A stretch of DNA of 62,873 bases, from the NCBI GenBank assembly GCA_023489235.1, contig JAMDDE010000003.1, positions 22,555 through 85,427 of the forward strand, read 5' to 3'. Positions 20,239-28,915 of this stretch are shown one piece after another. Below the pieces are notes generated by a model, which saw only the letters and a program-made list of their open reading frames with translations, did no database searches and was not told where the DNA came from. The DNA comes from Actinomycetota bacterium (lineage in GTDB: Bacteria > Actinomycetota > Acidimicrobiia > Acidimicrobiales > JAMDDE01). The position numbers were made by a program, and so were the translations under genes. Each line of letters opens with the position of its first letter. Within the stretch, counting starts at the first letter, position 1.

Positions 20239-20279
20239 TTGCTTGCTTTTTACAGTGACATATACAATGTATTTTACAT
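20239..20279 (+). promoter_or_regulatory. Putative padR promoter with overlapping operator
   Basis: TTGCTT-N18-TACAAT; palindrome ATGTA-TTT-TACAT at 20267-20279. Confidence 0.45.
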
Positions 20280-20338
20280 ATATACTTGAAGTGTAGAAAT
20301 GATCGCATAACTATGAAGAAGGCAAAGAGGTTTTTAAG

Positions 20339-20758
20339 ATGAGAAGATCTGCGGGATGTTGCCCGGGAGCACCACCAAGATGTCGTTCGATGATTCGGCC
20401 CGGAGTATGGAGAGTTCGTGCCCGTGTCGAGAGATTCATTGAGCCTGCTATTCTGCTACTACTAGCTGAAGGATCAACTCACGGCTATGAGTTGGCGGCT
20501 GCATTGACCGACCTCATACCTGAGGGAGAGGTAGTTGATATGGGGAATCTTTATAGGTTGCTCAGAGGATTAGAGGCAGAGGGGTTGGTCGACTCCGTGT
20601 GGAGTGAAGAGGTCCCAGGGCCTACAAAACGTGTGTACGAACTTACCGAAGAAGGAAGACACTTATTGGATGATTGGTCAAGATCCCTCGAGAGTGCCTA
20701 TAGGACTATAGGAAGGTTCTTAGAACGTTACGAACATTACGTAAGGACCAAAGATTGA
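20339..20758 (+). CDS. PadR-family regulator with Cys-containing N-terminal arm
   Basis: THGYEL, NLYRLLRGLEAEGLV, KRVYELTEEGR. Confidence 0.9.
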   Translation: MRRSAGCCPGAPPRCRSMIRPGVWRVRARVERFIEPAILLLLAEGSTHGYELAAALTDLIPEGEVVDMGNLYRLLRGLEAEGLVDSVWSEEVPGPTKRVYELTEEGRHLLDDWSRSLESAYRTIGRFLERYEHYVRTKD

Positions 20759-20798
20759 AGGATTCGACACAGACAAACATAGAAAGGAGAAATATCAA

Positions 20799-21017
20799 AT
20801 GACTGGAATGCATGGGAGACATGGTGGTCATGGACATGGGAATTGTGGATGCGGCGGTGGCTGTGGATGCGGTCATCACGGCAGAGGACATTGGCATGAC
20901 GAAGAGGACTGGAGAGAGTCTTCTTTGCGAGAGAAGAAAGAAGACCTGGAGGAGTATCGGCGTAAACTAGAGGAAGAGTTGGCCGATGTCAGTACTCGTA
21001 TATCCCGACTGAGCTAG
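20799..21017 (+). CDS. Small His/Cys/Gly-rich protein with C-terminal coiled coil
   Basis: Strong AAAGGAG RBS; HGRHGGHGHGNCGCGGGCGCGHH followed by heptad helix. Confidence 0.85.
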   Translation: MTGMHGRHGGHGHGNCGCGGGCGCGHHGRGHWHDEEDWRESSLREKKEDLEEYRRKLEEELADVSTRISRLS

Positions 21018-21043
21018 TCTACTGAGCTAATCGGTTAATAATG

Positions 21044-21086
21044 AAGGTGCTCAGGCAGTTTCTACAAAGGAACTCCTGAGCACCTT
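21044..21086. terminator. Rho-independent terminator
   Basis: AAGGTGCTCAGG/CCTGAGCACCTT stem between convergent genes. Confidence 0.75.
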
Positions 21087-21143
21087 TGTGGGCGAGGATG
21101 GCGCTCTGTCGAGTTCATTTGAATGCGCGAGTGGCCCGACCGT

Positions 21144-21815
21144 TCACTTAGTGGGATGGTACAACCACCTTAGCCATTCCATGTCACCTTGCAGCTCGAG
21201 ACGACGTTCCAATACCTTGTTACCAATTGCTTGGCTGCGGTGATGGGCAATGGCAACTCTTTGAGTTGGCCTGTGCACTTTTATGACCACATCTATGTCG
21301 TCGGGATTGCGCCCTACGAAGGTAGTGCCGAGCTCATTGTTCAGCTGGTTGGCTATGGCTGTGGGTATCGTCCAGGAAAGAACTGGGAGGTCGAGTTCTT
21401 TTGCTGCTGTCAGCGTGGCTTGGGTGACGATGCTGTGATCTGGATGACCAGTAACCCCACCTTCGTCGAAGGTTAGCAAGAGACTCGCCTTAACTTCCCT
21501 ACTCAGTTCAATAATATGGTTGGCCAGCTCACTTATGGGCACAGAGGCAAGTCCACCATCTGGGTAAGCTAACAATCGCGTTTTGCTGACTTGTAGTACA
21601 GAGGTAGCTTCTTGCAGTTCTTTGGCACGTATTCGTGCAAGGTCTCCCTCGCCCTTCTTGAGTGTTGAGGCTTCACCATGAGTGAAGCAGAGCACTGAGG
21701 TCATAGCTCCAGACTGCACGAACTCATACAGGATGGCTCCTAGACCAAAGCACTCATCATCTGGATGAGCAGAGACCGATAGCACCGATGTAGCTGTAGG
21801 CAGTTTACCGTTCAC
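21144..21815 (-). CDS. PIG-L/LmbE family deacetylase
   Basis: AHPDDE, THGEA, GHPDH, HRSQ motifs. Confidence 0.9.
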   Translation of the reverse strand: MNGKLPTATSVLSVSAHPDDECFGLGAILYEFVQSGAMTSVLCFTHGEASTLKKGEGDLARIRAKELQEATSVLQVSKTRLLAYPDGGLASVPISELANHIIELSREVKASLLLTFDEGGVTGHPDHSIVTQATLTAAKELDLPVLSWTIPTAIANQLNNELGTTFVGRNPDDIDVVIKVHRPTQRVAIAHHRSQAIGNKVLERRLELQGDMEWLRWLYHPTK

Positions 21816-22057
21816 ACGTTTGCTTCTCCGTTATAGGAGTACCGTTCGTATCGCTTCCTATCGTTCGTATAGTTCATATTGCTCGTTTGCAGCAAAATCT
21901 AGGGCTAAGTAATATGAAAAATATTCAGCTCGACTCCTTGAAGCTCTACCCAACAATTGCATACCTTGTAATTTAGTTTTTTAATTATCCGGGCCGTTGA
22001 GCCCCGGCCACACAAAGACAACTTTGAAGCTCCAAGAAGTAGCTGTATACTATATAA

Positions 22058-23215
22058 CTAACTGAGCCAGCGTTTTAGAAAGTACTTCTCGAAAGCAACT
22101 TTCCCCAGGTGCCACTGTATACCTGGCTGATAGAGTACGAAACTCGGCTCTCCTTCGGTATAAAGATTTCCATTAGCGAAACCAGCTTTATTACCACCGA
22201 TTTCTAGAAAACAAGCTCCCTTTCCAGTGAAAAGTTTTTCCTCACGATTGTGATGAAGGTCACGTGCTATCCGCGTTGCCACCACTTTAGCTTCTGCTTC
22301 CGCGAATACTCCTGCTTTAGGCACCATCTTCCCACCTCCTATTGGAATTTGGGTTACATCACCAATCGCGTATACTCCTGGTTGGGATGTGGACATAGTG
22401 AACTTGTTCACCGGTAGGTAACCACTCTCTGCCTCTAAGCCGGATCCAGCTAATGCATTGGGGGCCGTGTGGACAGGTATGCCAAGTATGATATCGGGAT
22501 TCCATTCTGTGCCATTGGAAAGAATGACCTTACTATCACGACTATCTAGTTTGTCAACGGTTATAGAGTGATACAGCTCAATACCCCTCTCAGCTAGCAT
22601 AGATGATATCTGCTCACCTATAGCTGGACCTGCAGTTGGCATGGGGTAGGGTTCTGGGGTGTAGACTCGAATCTCGGATCCCTTTCGTACTCCTCGTTTA
22701 CGAAGTATGTCATCTGCCAAGAAGGCTGCTTCGTAAGGTGCAGCAGGACATTTGTAAGGAAGGCTGGAGATCACTACCGCAACCCTCTTGACACCTCCCC
22801 TCCGTAGGCTTGCACCAGCGGATAGCGCCCCTTCCAATGTAAAGATGTTATGTGCAATCTCCTTGAACCCAGGAAGTCGTTCTGGCGCCAAGGCTGCACC
22901 AAGCGCAATTACCAACTGGTCGTAACCGAGCGCCCCCGAAGAGGTATACACAGTAGCAGAGGTGGTATCGATAGAGTTCACCTCTGCTTCGAGTATCTCG
23001 ATTCCTCGTTTGCGAAGGACTCGAATGTCCTTTTGGACCTGAGAGGGTGTACGATTTCCAGCCATGAGCCAGAGTAAAGAAGGCCCAAAAGTGTAAATAG
23101 GCTCACGCTCTATTATTATAATCCTATCTGAGGCATTTAGTTTCTTGCGAAGCTCCTTTGCGGTTACAATCCCGCCGGTCCCCCCTCCCAAGATAACCGT
23201 TGTGTTATATATCAT
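22058..23215 (-). CDS. Sulfide:quinone oxidoreductase / flavocytochrome c sulfide dehydrogenase-like flavoprotein
   Basis: GGGTGG, YKCPAAPYE, AIGD, PKAGVFA, GACFLE redox cysteines. Confidence 0.8.
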   Translation of the reverse strand: MIYNTTVILGGGTGGIVTAKELRKKLNASDRIIIIEREPIYTFGPSLLWLMAGNRTPSQVQKDIRVLRKRGIEILEAEVNSIDTTSATVYTSSGALGYDQLVIALGAALAPERLPGFKEIAHNIFTLEGALSAGASLRRGGVKRVAVVISSLPYKCPAAPYEAAFLADDILRKRGVRKGSEIRVYTPEPYPMPTAGPAIGEQISSMLAERGIELYHSITVDKLDSRDSKVILSNGTEWNPDIILGIPVHTAPNALAGSGLEAESGYLPVNKFTMSTSQPGVYAIGDVTQIPIGGGKMVPKAGVFAEAEAKVVATRIARDLHHNREEKLFTGKGACFLEIGGNKAGFANGNLYTEGEPSFVLYQPGIQWHLGKVAFEKYFLKRWLS

Positions 23216-23254
23216 TTCAGCTCCCTGCGATCGTTGTTTTTGTAAACCTAGGCT

Positions 23255-23605
23255 TCAAAAACTTATGATTTTGTCTGCCCATAGAGTCCAATCTGCCACT
23301 TCCTCCAAGCTTGATCTCCTGGCTGCTGGTAGAAGCATCTCATCAGTTATGCCTCTTGCATCCATACAAGTCCCGCAGCAGCATATCTCGGCCCCATGAC
23401 GGACCGTTGACTCTAACATTCGATCAAGTCGGTAGTAACCGTTGGGTAGTTGGTGTCCCCGGATGGCACAACCGACGGCATCCCCAAAGAGAAATATGCG
23501 CACCTCTGTCTCTTCTCGTCGGGATAGGGCTCCAGCGAGACGTATACCGTTGTAGGCACGCTCTGTTCCGTAAGGGGGATCGTGCAGAATGAACAGTATC
23601 TTCAT
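23255..23605 (-). CDS. DsrE/YchN-family sulfur relay protein
   Basis: PPYGTERAY, GDAV, CGTCMDARG. Confidence 0.88.
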   Translation of the reverse strand: MKILFILHDPPYGTERAYNGIRLAGALSRREETEVRIFLFGDAVGCAIRGHQLPNGYYRLDRMLESTVRHGAEICCCGTCMDARGITDEMLLPAARRSSLEEVADWTLWADKIISF

Positions 23606-24294
23606 GGTTGCGCTCCTAGAGACACAGGAAGGTTAGCCATACGCCATTCAGGAAGGCCGTCTATCAACCGCCTGACATGGAAGCCATGACTGCGTAGTAT
23701 CTCCATTGCTTGTGGAGCAAGCACACAGTGCGGTCCTCGGCAGTAAGCTACGATCTCCTTATCTTTGTCCAGATTGACCAGCTGTTCGTTGATCGTCTCC
23801 AAGGGCATAGAGAGTGCTCCTTTTATATGGGCTGCTACATATTCTTCAACCGGTCGTACGTCGATGATCACTGCATCGTCGTTCTCGATTAGCTGCAATA
23901 GCTCGTCGTGGCTCACCAATATTGTCCTGTCATCACTGTTGAATACCTCTGTAAGAATCTCTTTCACCTCTGCTAGGTGAGTGCTGGCGAGTTGTCGTAG
24001 CGAAGCAAGACATTTGGCAACATCCTCTCCCGAGAGGCGATAGATAATCTTGGTGCCTTGTCGATGTGACGCAACTAGTCGTGCTTGTCGAAGTACCTGA
24101 AGATGAGAGGAAGTGGTGGTCATGCTCATGTTGGCAGCTCGAGCTAGAGATTCTACTTCCCTTGGAGTTTGGTCTAACAGCTCGAGCAGTTCTATCCGAT
24201 GTGGATTGGCAAGAGCTTTGGCGATGCGAGCGAACTGTTCATAGAGAGCTACTTGGGTGTAAGTATCAGTATTATCTACTTCTCCAAAGATCAT
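23602..24294 (-). CDS. ArsR/SmtB regulator fused to rhodanese domain
   Basis: ALANPHRIELL, SSHLQVLR; DVRP..EY..HI.GA, YCRGPHC. Confidence 0.92.
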   Translation of the reverse strand: MIFGEVDNTDTYTQVALYEQFARIAKALANPHRIELLELLDQTPREVESLARAANMSMTTTSSHLQVLRQARLVASHRQGTKIIYRLSGEDVAKCLASLRQLASTHLAEVKEILTEVFNSDDRTILVSHDELLQLIENDDAVIIDVRPVEEYVAAHIKGALSMPLETINEQLVNLDKDKEIVAYCRGPHCVLAPQAMEILRSHGFHVRRLIDGLPEWRMANLPVSLGAQP

Positions 24295-24298
24295 TGGA
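24283..24298. promoter_or_regulatory. Putative ArsR operator overlapping the arsR start codon
   Basis: TCCAAAGATCATTGGA near-perfect palindrome. Confidence 0.5.
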
Positions 24299-24581
24299 AT
24301 AACATATCACACATTGACCAATAACAAATTTTTCTAATCAATGAAGTATTTGAGTAACTCACAGTGCAGCTTCTTCCTATCACTTGAGCACGTTCCCTTA
24401 TAGTCCCACCCACCCCTATAGTTCCTATAAGGCCCTGGGGAGCTGTAAGTGGAGGCTGATGACCAAGATGGTTCCCTGACCAATGTCTTTGCATGAGAAA
24501 CCGGTGCCAACTCCTCCCACGACGCCTCTATCCAGAGATAAACTAAAGAACGTACCTATGCGAACAGGGGGTTCAAGCCAT

Positions 24582-25355
24582 ATGCAGTTCAACTACATAA
24601 TCGTCGATCGTGATGGGCCGTTCATCACCATCACTATGAATCGACCGGAGCGTCGTAACGCCTTGTCACTGGCGCATATGCAAGAGTTGTTGGAGGCATT
24701 CAGACAAGCGGGGGAGAGTGATGCACGAGGAGTAATGCTGGCTGGTAACGGCCCAGTGTTCTCAGCCGGTCATGACTTTGCCGATATGGTCGGTTCCGAT
24801 TTTGCAGCCATGCGCGAACTACTCACTACCTGCACCGAGCTGATGACCACGATGCAGAGGATTCCCCAGCCAGTGTTGGCCAAGGTTCATGGTTTGGCAA
24901 CCGCGGCAGGCTGTCAACTCGTTGCTTCTGCCGATCTAGCTGTAGCCTCCGAAAACGCAGGGTTTGCAACTCCAGGTGGCAAAGGAGGCTGGTTCTGTCA
25001 TACCCCTATGGTGGCAGTAGCGCGTTCCATTGGGCGTAAGCGAGCCCTTGAGATGGCTATGTGTGGTGATCCAATTGATGCACGTACCGCTTATGAGTGG
25101 GGTTTGGTGAACAGAGTCGTTCCTCCCGAGGAACTGGATGCGGCGAGCTTGGAGTTATTGGAGCGTGCTACCAGAGGAAGTGCTTTATCCAAGGCAATTG
25201 GCAAGCAAACTCTCTATGCTCAGATGGAGATGCCTCAACCTCATGCCTATGCCTATGCAGTCGACATCATGGCAGGAAGCAGTCAGACGGCAGATGCTCA
25301 GGAAGGGATGGCCTCTTTTCTGGAGAAACGTCCAGCTAAATGGGTTAACCGTTGA
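24582..25355 (+). CDS. Enoyl-CoA hydratase/isomerase (crotonase) family
   Basis: FSAGHDF, ATAAGCQLVA, WFCHTP; start refined to MQFNY. Confidence 0.9.
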   Translation: MQFNYIIVDRDGPFITITMNRPERRNALSLAHMQELLEAFRQAGESDARGVMLAGNGPVFSAGHDFADMVGSDFAAMRELLTTCTELMTTMQRIPQPVLAKVHGLATAAGCQLVASADLAVASENAGFATPGGKGGWFCHTPMVAVARSIGRKRALEMAMCGDPIDARTAYEWGLVNRVVPPEELDAASLELLERATRGSALSKAIGKQTLYAQMEMPQPHAYAYAVDIMAGSSQTADAQEGMASFLEKRPAKWVNR

Positions 25356-25404
25356 ATCAGACCTATCGAACCTGTAAGACACCTCCCTTCATCATCAGTA
25401 AACC

Positions 25405-26988
25405 TTGGATCTTTTCTTCGAACCTCTAACTCCCATATCGTTTCTCCAGCGCTCTGGCGAGGTTTTTGCTGACCGTATTGGCGTGATCGACGGCGAGCGA
25501 CGCTTCAGTTATGGAGAGTTCTACGAGCGTTGTAGGCGCTTAGCCGGAGCTCTCTCTGCAATGGGGGCGAGAGACGGTGAGCGTGTTGCCGTGCTGGCTC
25601 CTAACACCCATATGATGCTCGAAGCACACTATGGCGTGCCCATGGCCTCAGCTGTATTGGTTACTCTCAACACTCGTCTCAACACAGTTGAGCTCTCAGG
25701 AATCATAGAGCATTCCGGAGCCAACTACTTGTTGTACGACAGCGCCTTTAAAGAAAAAGCAGTTGAGATAGCTGACCGTTTGAAGACTGCTCGCGGAATT
25801 CGTTTGACTACGATCGAAGCAGGAAGCGATAATCGTACAAATCGTACAAGCCAGTACGAGGACCTGCTAGCTTCATCCCAGAGAGTAGAGACGCTGCCGG
25901 AGGTGGATGAAAGGGGTCTCCTATCCATTAACTACACTAGCGGTACGACCGGTGAGCCAAAAGGAGTCATGTACCACTACCGAGGTGCTTACCTTCAAGC
26001 TCTTTCTTTGGTCGCGCATACCAAGTTGGACGAAAGCTCAGTCATGCTGTGGACTTTGCCTATGTTCCACTGCAATGGTTGGTGCTTTACTTGGGCAGTT
26101 ACGGCCGCTGGAGCTACGCATGTGTGCATGAGGCGGCCGGATCCGTGGGAGGCATGGAGGTTGATACGCTCAGAAGGGGTCACTCACCTTTGTGGTGCCC
26201 CAACAGTCCTTTCGTCTCTGGCCAATGATTCTAACGCTGCCAAACAAGATCGCATGCTCAAGGTGTTTACGGGAGGAGCTCCGCCCTCTCCCTCTTTGTT
26301 GGAACAGTTGAGCTCTCTTGGAATTGAAGTGACTCACTCCTACGGGTTGACAGAGACATTTGGCCCTATCCTCATCTGCCAATGGAGGCCCGAGTGGGAT
26401 GATCTTCCAGTTGCCGAACAAGCTCGCCTGAAAGCTCGTCAAGGTGTAGCCCACCTAGCGGCAGTTCCACCGCGAGTGATCGACAGGGAGGGAAATGATG
26501 TACCTGCGGATGGCAAGAGCATTGGCGAGATAGTAGTGCGCGGAAACGTTGTTATGCGAGGTTATTACCGTAACCATGAAGCCACTGTCAAAGCAGCTCC
26601 TGATGGATGGTTTCGCACTGGCGACCTAGCTGTAGTACATCCCGATGGCTACATAGAGATACGTGATCGCTCTAAAGATATAATAATATCAGGGGGTGAG
26701 AACATAGCCTCCATAGAGGTTGAGCAGATACTTGCGAGCCATCCGGCTGTGTTGGAAGCAGCAGTTGTAGCTGCTCCCGATGTCCACTGGGGGGAGATCC
26801 CAGTGGCTTATGTAACCTTGCGTCCTGGTGAACATGTCTCCGAAGAGGACCTGATAGCTTATGCTCGTCAAAGGATGGCTCATTTCAAGGTTCCTAAACG
26901 GGTAGTGTTCGGGGATTTACCCAAGAACTCTACTGGCAAGATTTTGAAACACGAACTACGGCAGCGCTTATGGCAAGCACTTCAATAA
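25405..26988 (+). CDS. Acyl-CoA synthetase / AMP-binding ligase
   Basis: YTSGTTGEPKG, YGLTET, FRTGD, PKNSTGK. Confidence 0.93.
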   Translation: MDLFFEPLTPISFLQRSGEVFADRIGVIDGERRFSYGEFYERCRRLAGALSAMGARDGERVAVLAPNTHMMLEAHYGVPMASAVLVTLNTRLNTVELSGIIEHSGANYLLYDSAFKEKAVEIADRLKTARGIRLTTIEAGSDNRTNRTSQYEDLLASSQRVETLPEVDERGLLSINYTSGTTGEPKGVMYHYRGAYLQALSLVAHTKLDESSVMLWTLPMFHCNGWCFTWAVTAAGATHVCMRRPDPWEAWRLIRSEGVTHLCGAPTVLSSLANDSNAAKQDRMLKVFTGGAPPSPSLLEQLSSLGIEVTHSYGLTETFGPILICQWRPEWDDLPVAEQARLKARQGVAHLAAVPPRVIDREGNDVPADGKSIGEIVVRGNVVMRGYYRNHEATVKAAPDGWFRTGDLAVVHPDGYIEIRDRSKDIIISGGENIASIEVEQILASHPAVLEAAVVAAPDVHWGEIPVAYVTLRPGEHVSEEDLIAYARQRMAHFKVPKRVVFGDLPKNSTGKILKHELRQRLWQALQ

Positions 26989-28445
26989 GGAAGTTAGTGG
27001 TGGTCAACAGAGCTTTTCTGGATGCTCTGGTTGCAGCACTTCTTGAATACGGGTATCGGGTGCTGGGGCCAGTGTTCCAGAATGGCTCTATCGTGATCGA
27101 TGACCTCACTTCAACTGCAGATATGCCGGTGGGATGGACCGACGAGCAGTCCCCTGGCAACTATCGACTGTGCCACTCAGCTGATGGCCAATTGTTTGGT
27201 TGGACAGTGAGCCCTGCTTCTCCCAAGGCGCTGCTGTTTCCTCCTCGTGTCACTGTTTGGCAGAGAGGAGCTGGGAGAGATGATTTTTCTGTTCCTTTTG
27301 CCCAACCGGTAGCTATAACAGGTGCAACCAAATCAGCCATATCAACTGTATCCAAACCACAGAGCACTGGATCGACTGGGAAGGTGCTGTCGGATACTGA
27401 GTTGACCTTCTCAGCTTCAGGGACCACTCATTTCAACCCTCGGTCAAACAGAGACGACCGACACCTTCTGGCTCTAGTTGGGATACGCCCTTGTGAAGCA
27501 GCTGCCCTTGAAATCAATGATGCGGTTTTTATGAAGGGGAGTTTCCCAGACCCCTTCTACTGTGAGCGGAGAAGCGACATGTTCTTACTTGTAGCCGAAT
27601 GTGCCTCTTCAAACGCCAGTTGTTTCTGTGACTCGATGGGCGCGGGTCCAGGCATAGATAGCGGTTTCGATCTTGCTGTTACTGAGATGCTCGACGAGGA
27701 TGGAGAGTACTCATACTTTCTCAGGATCGGCTCGCAACGAGGGGAAGAGCTTTTCACTGTAGCTGTCGAGCAGGCTTCCAGTATTGGAGTCGGCACTGAT
27801 CCCAGTATTGAACCCAGCACTGGGATGGATAGAGGCGAAGGGGACGGAAAGGATATCCCAACTTTTGTCGAGTTATCGGACTTGTCCAACTCTGTATCCC
27901 AGAGTACCTCCATGCAACGAGCCTCTTGTTCCTTGAACTATTCGCTCGAAGAAGTGCTGGCTAAAAGGGATGCACAACTACAGCATGCCAAGGAGCTTCA
28001 AGTGGGAATGCATCCGAGGGTAGCGGAGTTGCTTCGGAGGAACTTGGATCACCCTATCTTCACGGATATCGCTGGTCGTTGCCTTGCCTGTGGCAATTGC
28101 ACCTCGGTCTGTCCAACCTGTTTCTGCTCTGATGTAGTGGACAAGAATGATATGCACGGCGCCATATCCAGAGAGCGTAGTTGGTCCTCCTGTTTCAACG
28201 CGGCCCACTCAGAGCTGCACGGTCAGCCAGTTAGGCACTCTGTAGCTTCACGGTACAGGCAATGGCTTACTCACAAGTTTTCAAATTGGTATGATCAATT
28301 TGGCACTTCAGGTTGTGTTGGATGTGGCCGATGCATTACGTGGTGCCCGGTCGGCATAGATGTTCGCCAAGAGGTTGCCGGGATTGCTTCTGACGCTGAC
28401 ATGAAAGGCGATATGCAAAGCACAGGAAGTCATGGTCCATCATGA
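26970..28445 (+). CDS. Group 3b [NiFe]-hydrogenase (sulfhydrogenase) beta subunit, 4Fe-4S, with two insertions
   Basis: CLACGNCTSVCPTCFC and GCVGCGRCITWCP; GIRPCE. Confidence 0.9.
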   Translation: MASTSIRKLVVVNRAFLDALVAALLEYGYRVLGPVFQNGSIVIDDLTSTADMPVGWTDEQSPGNYRLCHSADGQLFGWTVSPASPKALLFPPRVTVWQRGAGRDDFSVPFAQPVAITGATKSAISTVSKPQSTGSTGKVLSDTELTFSASGTTHFNPRSNRDDRHLLALVGIRPCEAAALEINDAVFMKGSFPDPFYCERRSDMFLLVAECASSNASCFCDSMGAGPGIDSGFDLAVTEMLDEDGEYSYFLRIGSQRGEELFTVAVEQASSIGVGTDPSIEPSTGMDRGEGDGKDIPTFVELSDLSNSVSQSTSMQRASCSLNYSLEEVLAKRDAQLQHAKELQVGMHPRVAELLRRNLDHPIFTDIAGRCLACGNCTSVCPTCFCSDVVDKNDMHGAISRERSWSSCFNAAHSELHGQPVRHSVASRYRQWLTHKFSNWYDQFGTSGCVGCGRCITWCPVGIDVRQEVAGIASDADMKGDMQSTGSHGPS

Positions 28446-28915
28446 GAGATCTTCCTATGGATGTACTTATCTCCCGTCATCCGTTGCTGGCCGGTCTTCC
28501 CAATGACATTCTCCTACTCCTTGCAGGCTGTGCGCGCAATGTCCCCTTTCACGCAGGCACCCTTCTCTTATCAGAAGGCGATACCGCTGATACCTTTTAC
28601 CTGATTCGTCGGGGGAGAGTGGGTATAGAAGTACACGATCCTCGGCGTGGAAGGGTGGTAGTGGAGACCGTAGGCCCAGGAAGCGTTGTAGGGTGGTCTT
28701 GGCTGTTCCCTCCCTATAGATGGCATTTCGATGCCCGCGCCATTGACGAGGTGGGTACGATAGCCCTGGATGGAGCTTGTCTGCGTACAAAGGCCGAAGC
28801 CGACCCTGTTGTAGGCTATGAGCTGATGAAACGCCTCTCGAACGTGCTGTTGGAACGTCTCCAGGCCACCAGAGTGAGATTACTTGATCTGTATGGTGAC
28901 GGAAAAGTCAGTTGA
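28442..28915 (+). CDS. Stand-alone cyclic nucleotide-binding (Crp-like) domain protein, no HTH
   Basis: EGDTADTFYLIRRGRV, GWSWLFPPYRW; ATGA overlap. Confidence 0.88.
   Translation: MRDLPMDVLISRHPLLAGLPNDILLLLAGCARNVPFHAGTLLLSEGDTADTFYLIRRGRVGIEVHDPRRGRVVVETVGPGSVVGWSWLFPPYRWHFDARAIDEVGTIALDGACLRTKAEADPVVGYELMKRLSNVLLERLQATRVRLLDLYGDGKVS

Noticed and set aside
27290-27950. Inteins in hydrogenase beta subunit or TopA
   Set aside because: Inserts are short and lack Cys/Ser...His-Asn splice termini
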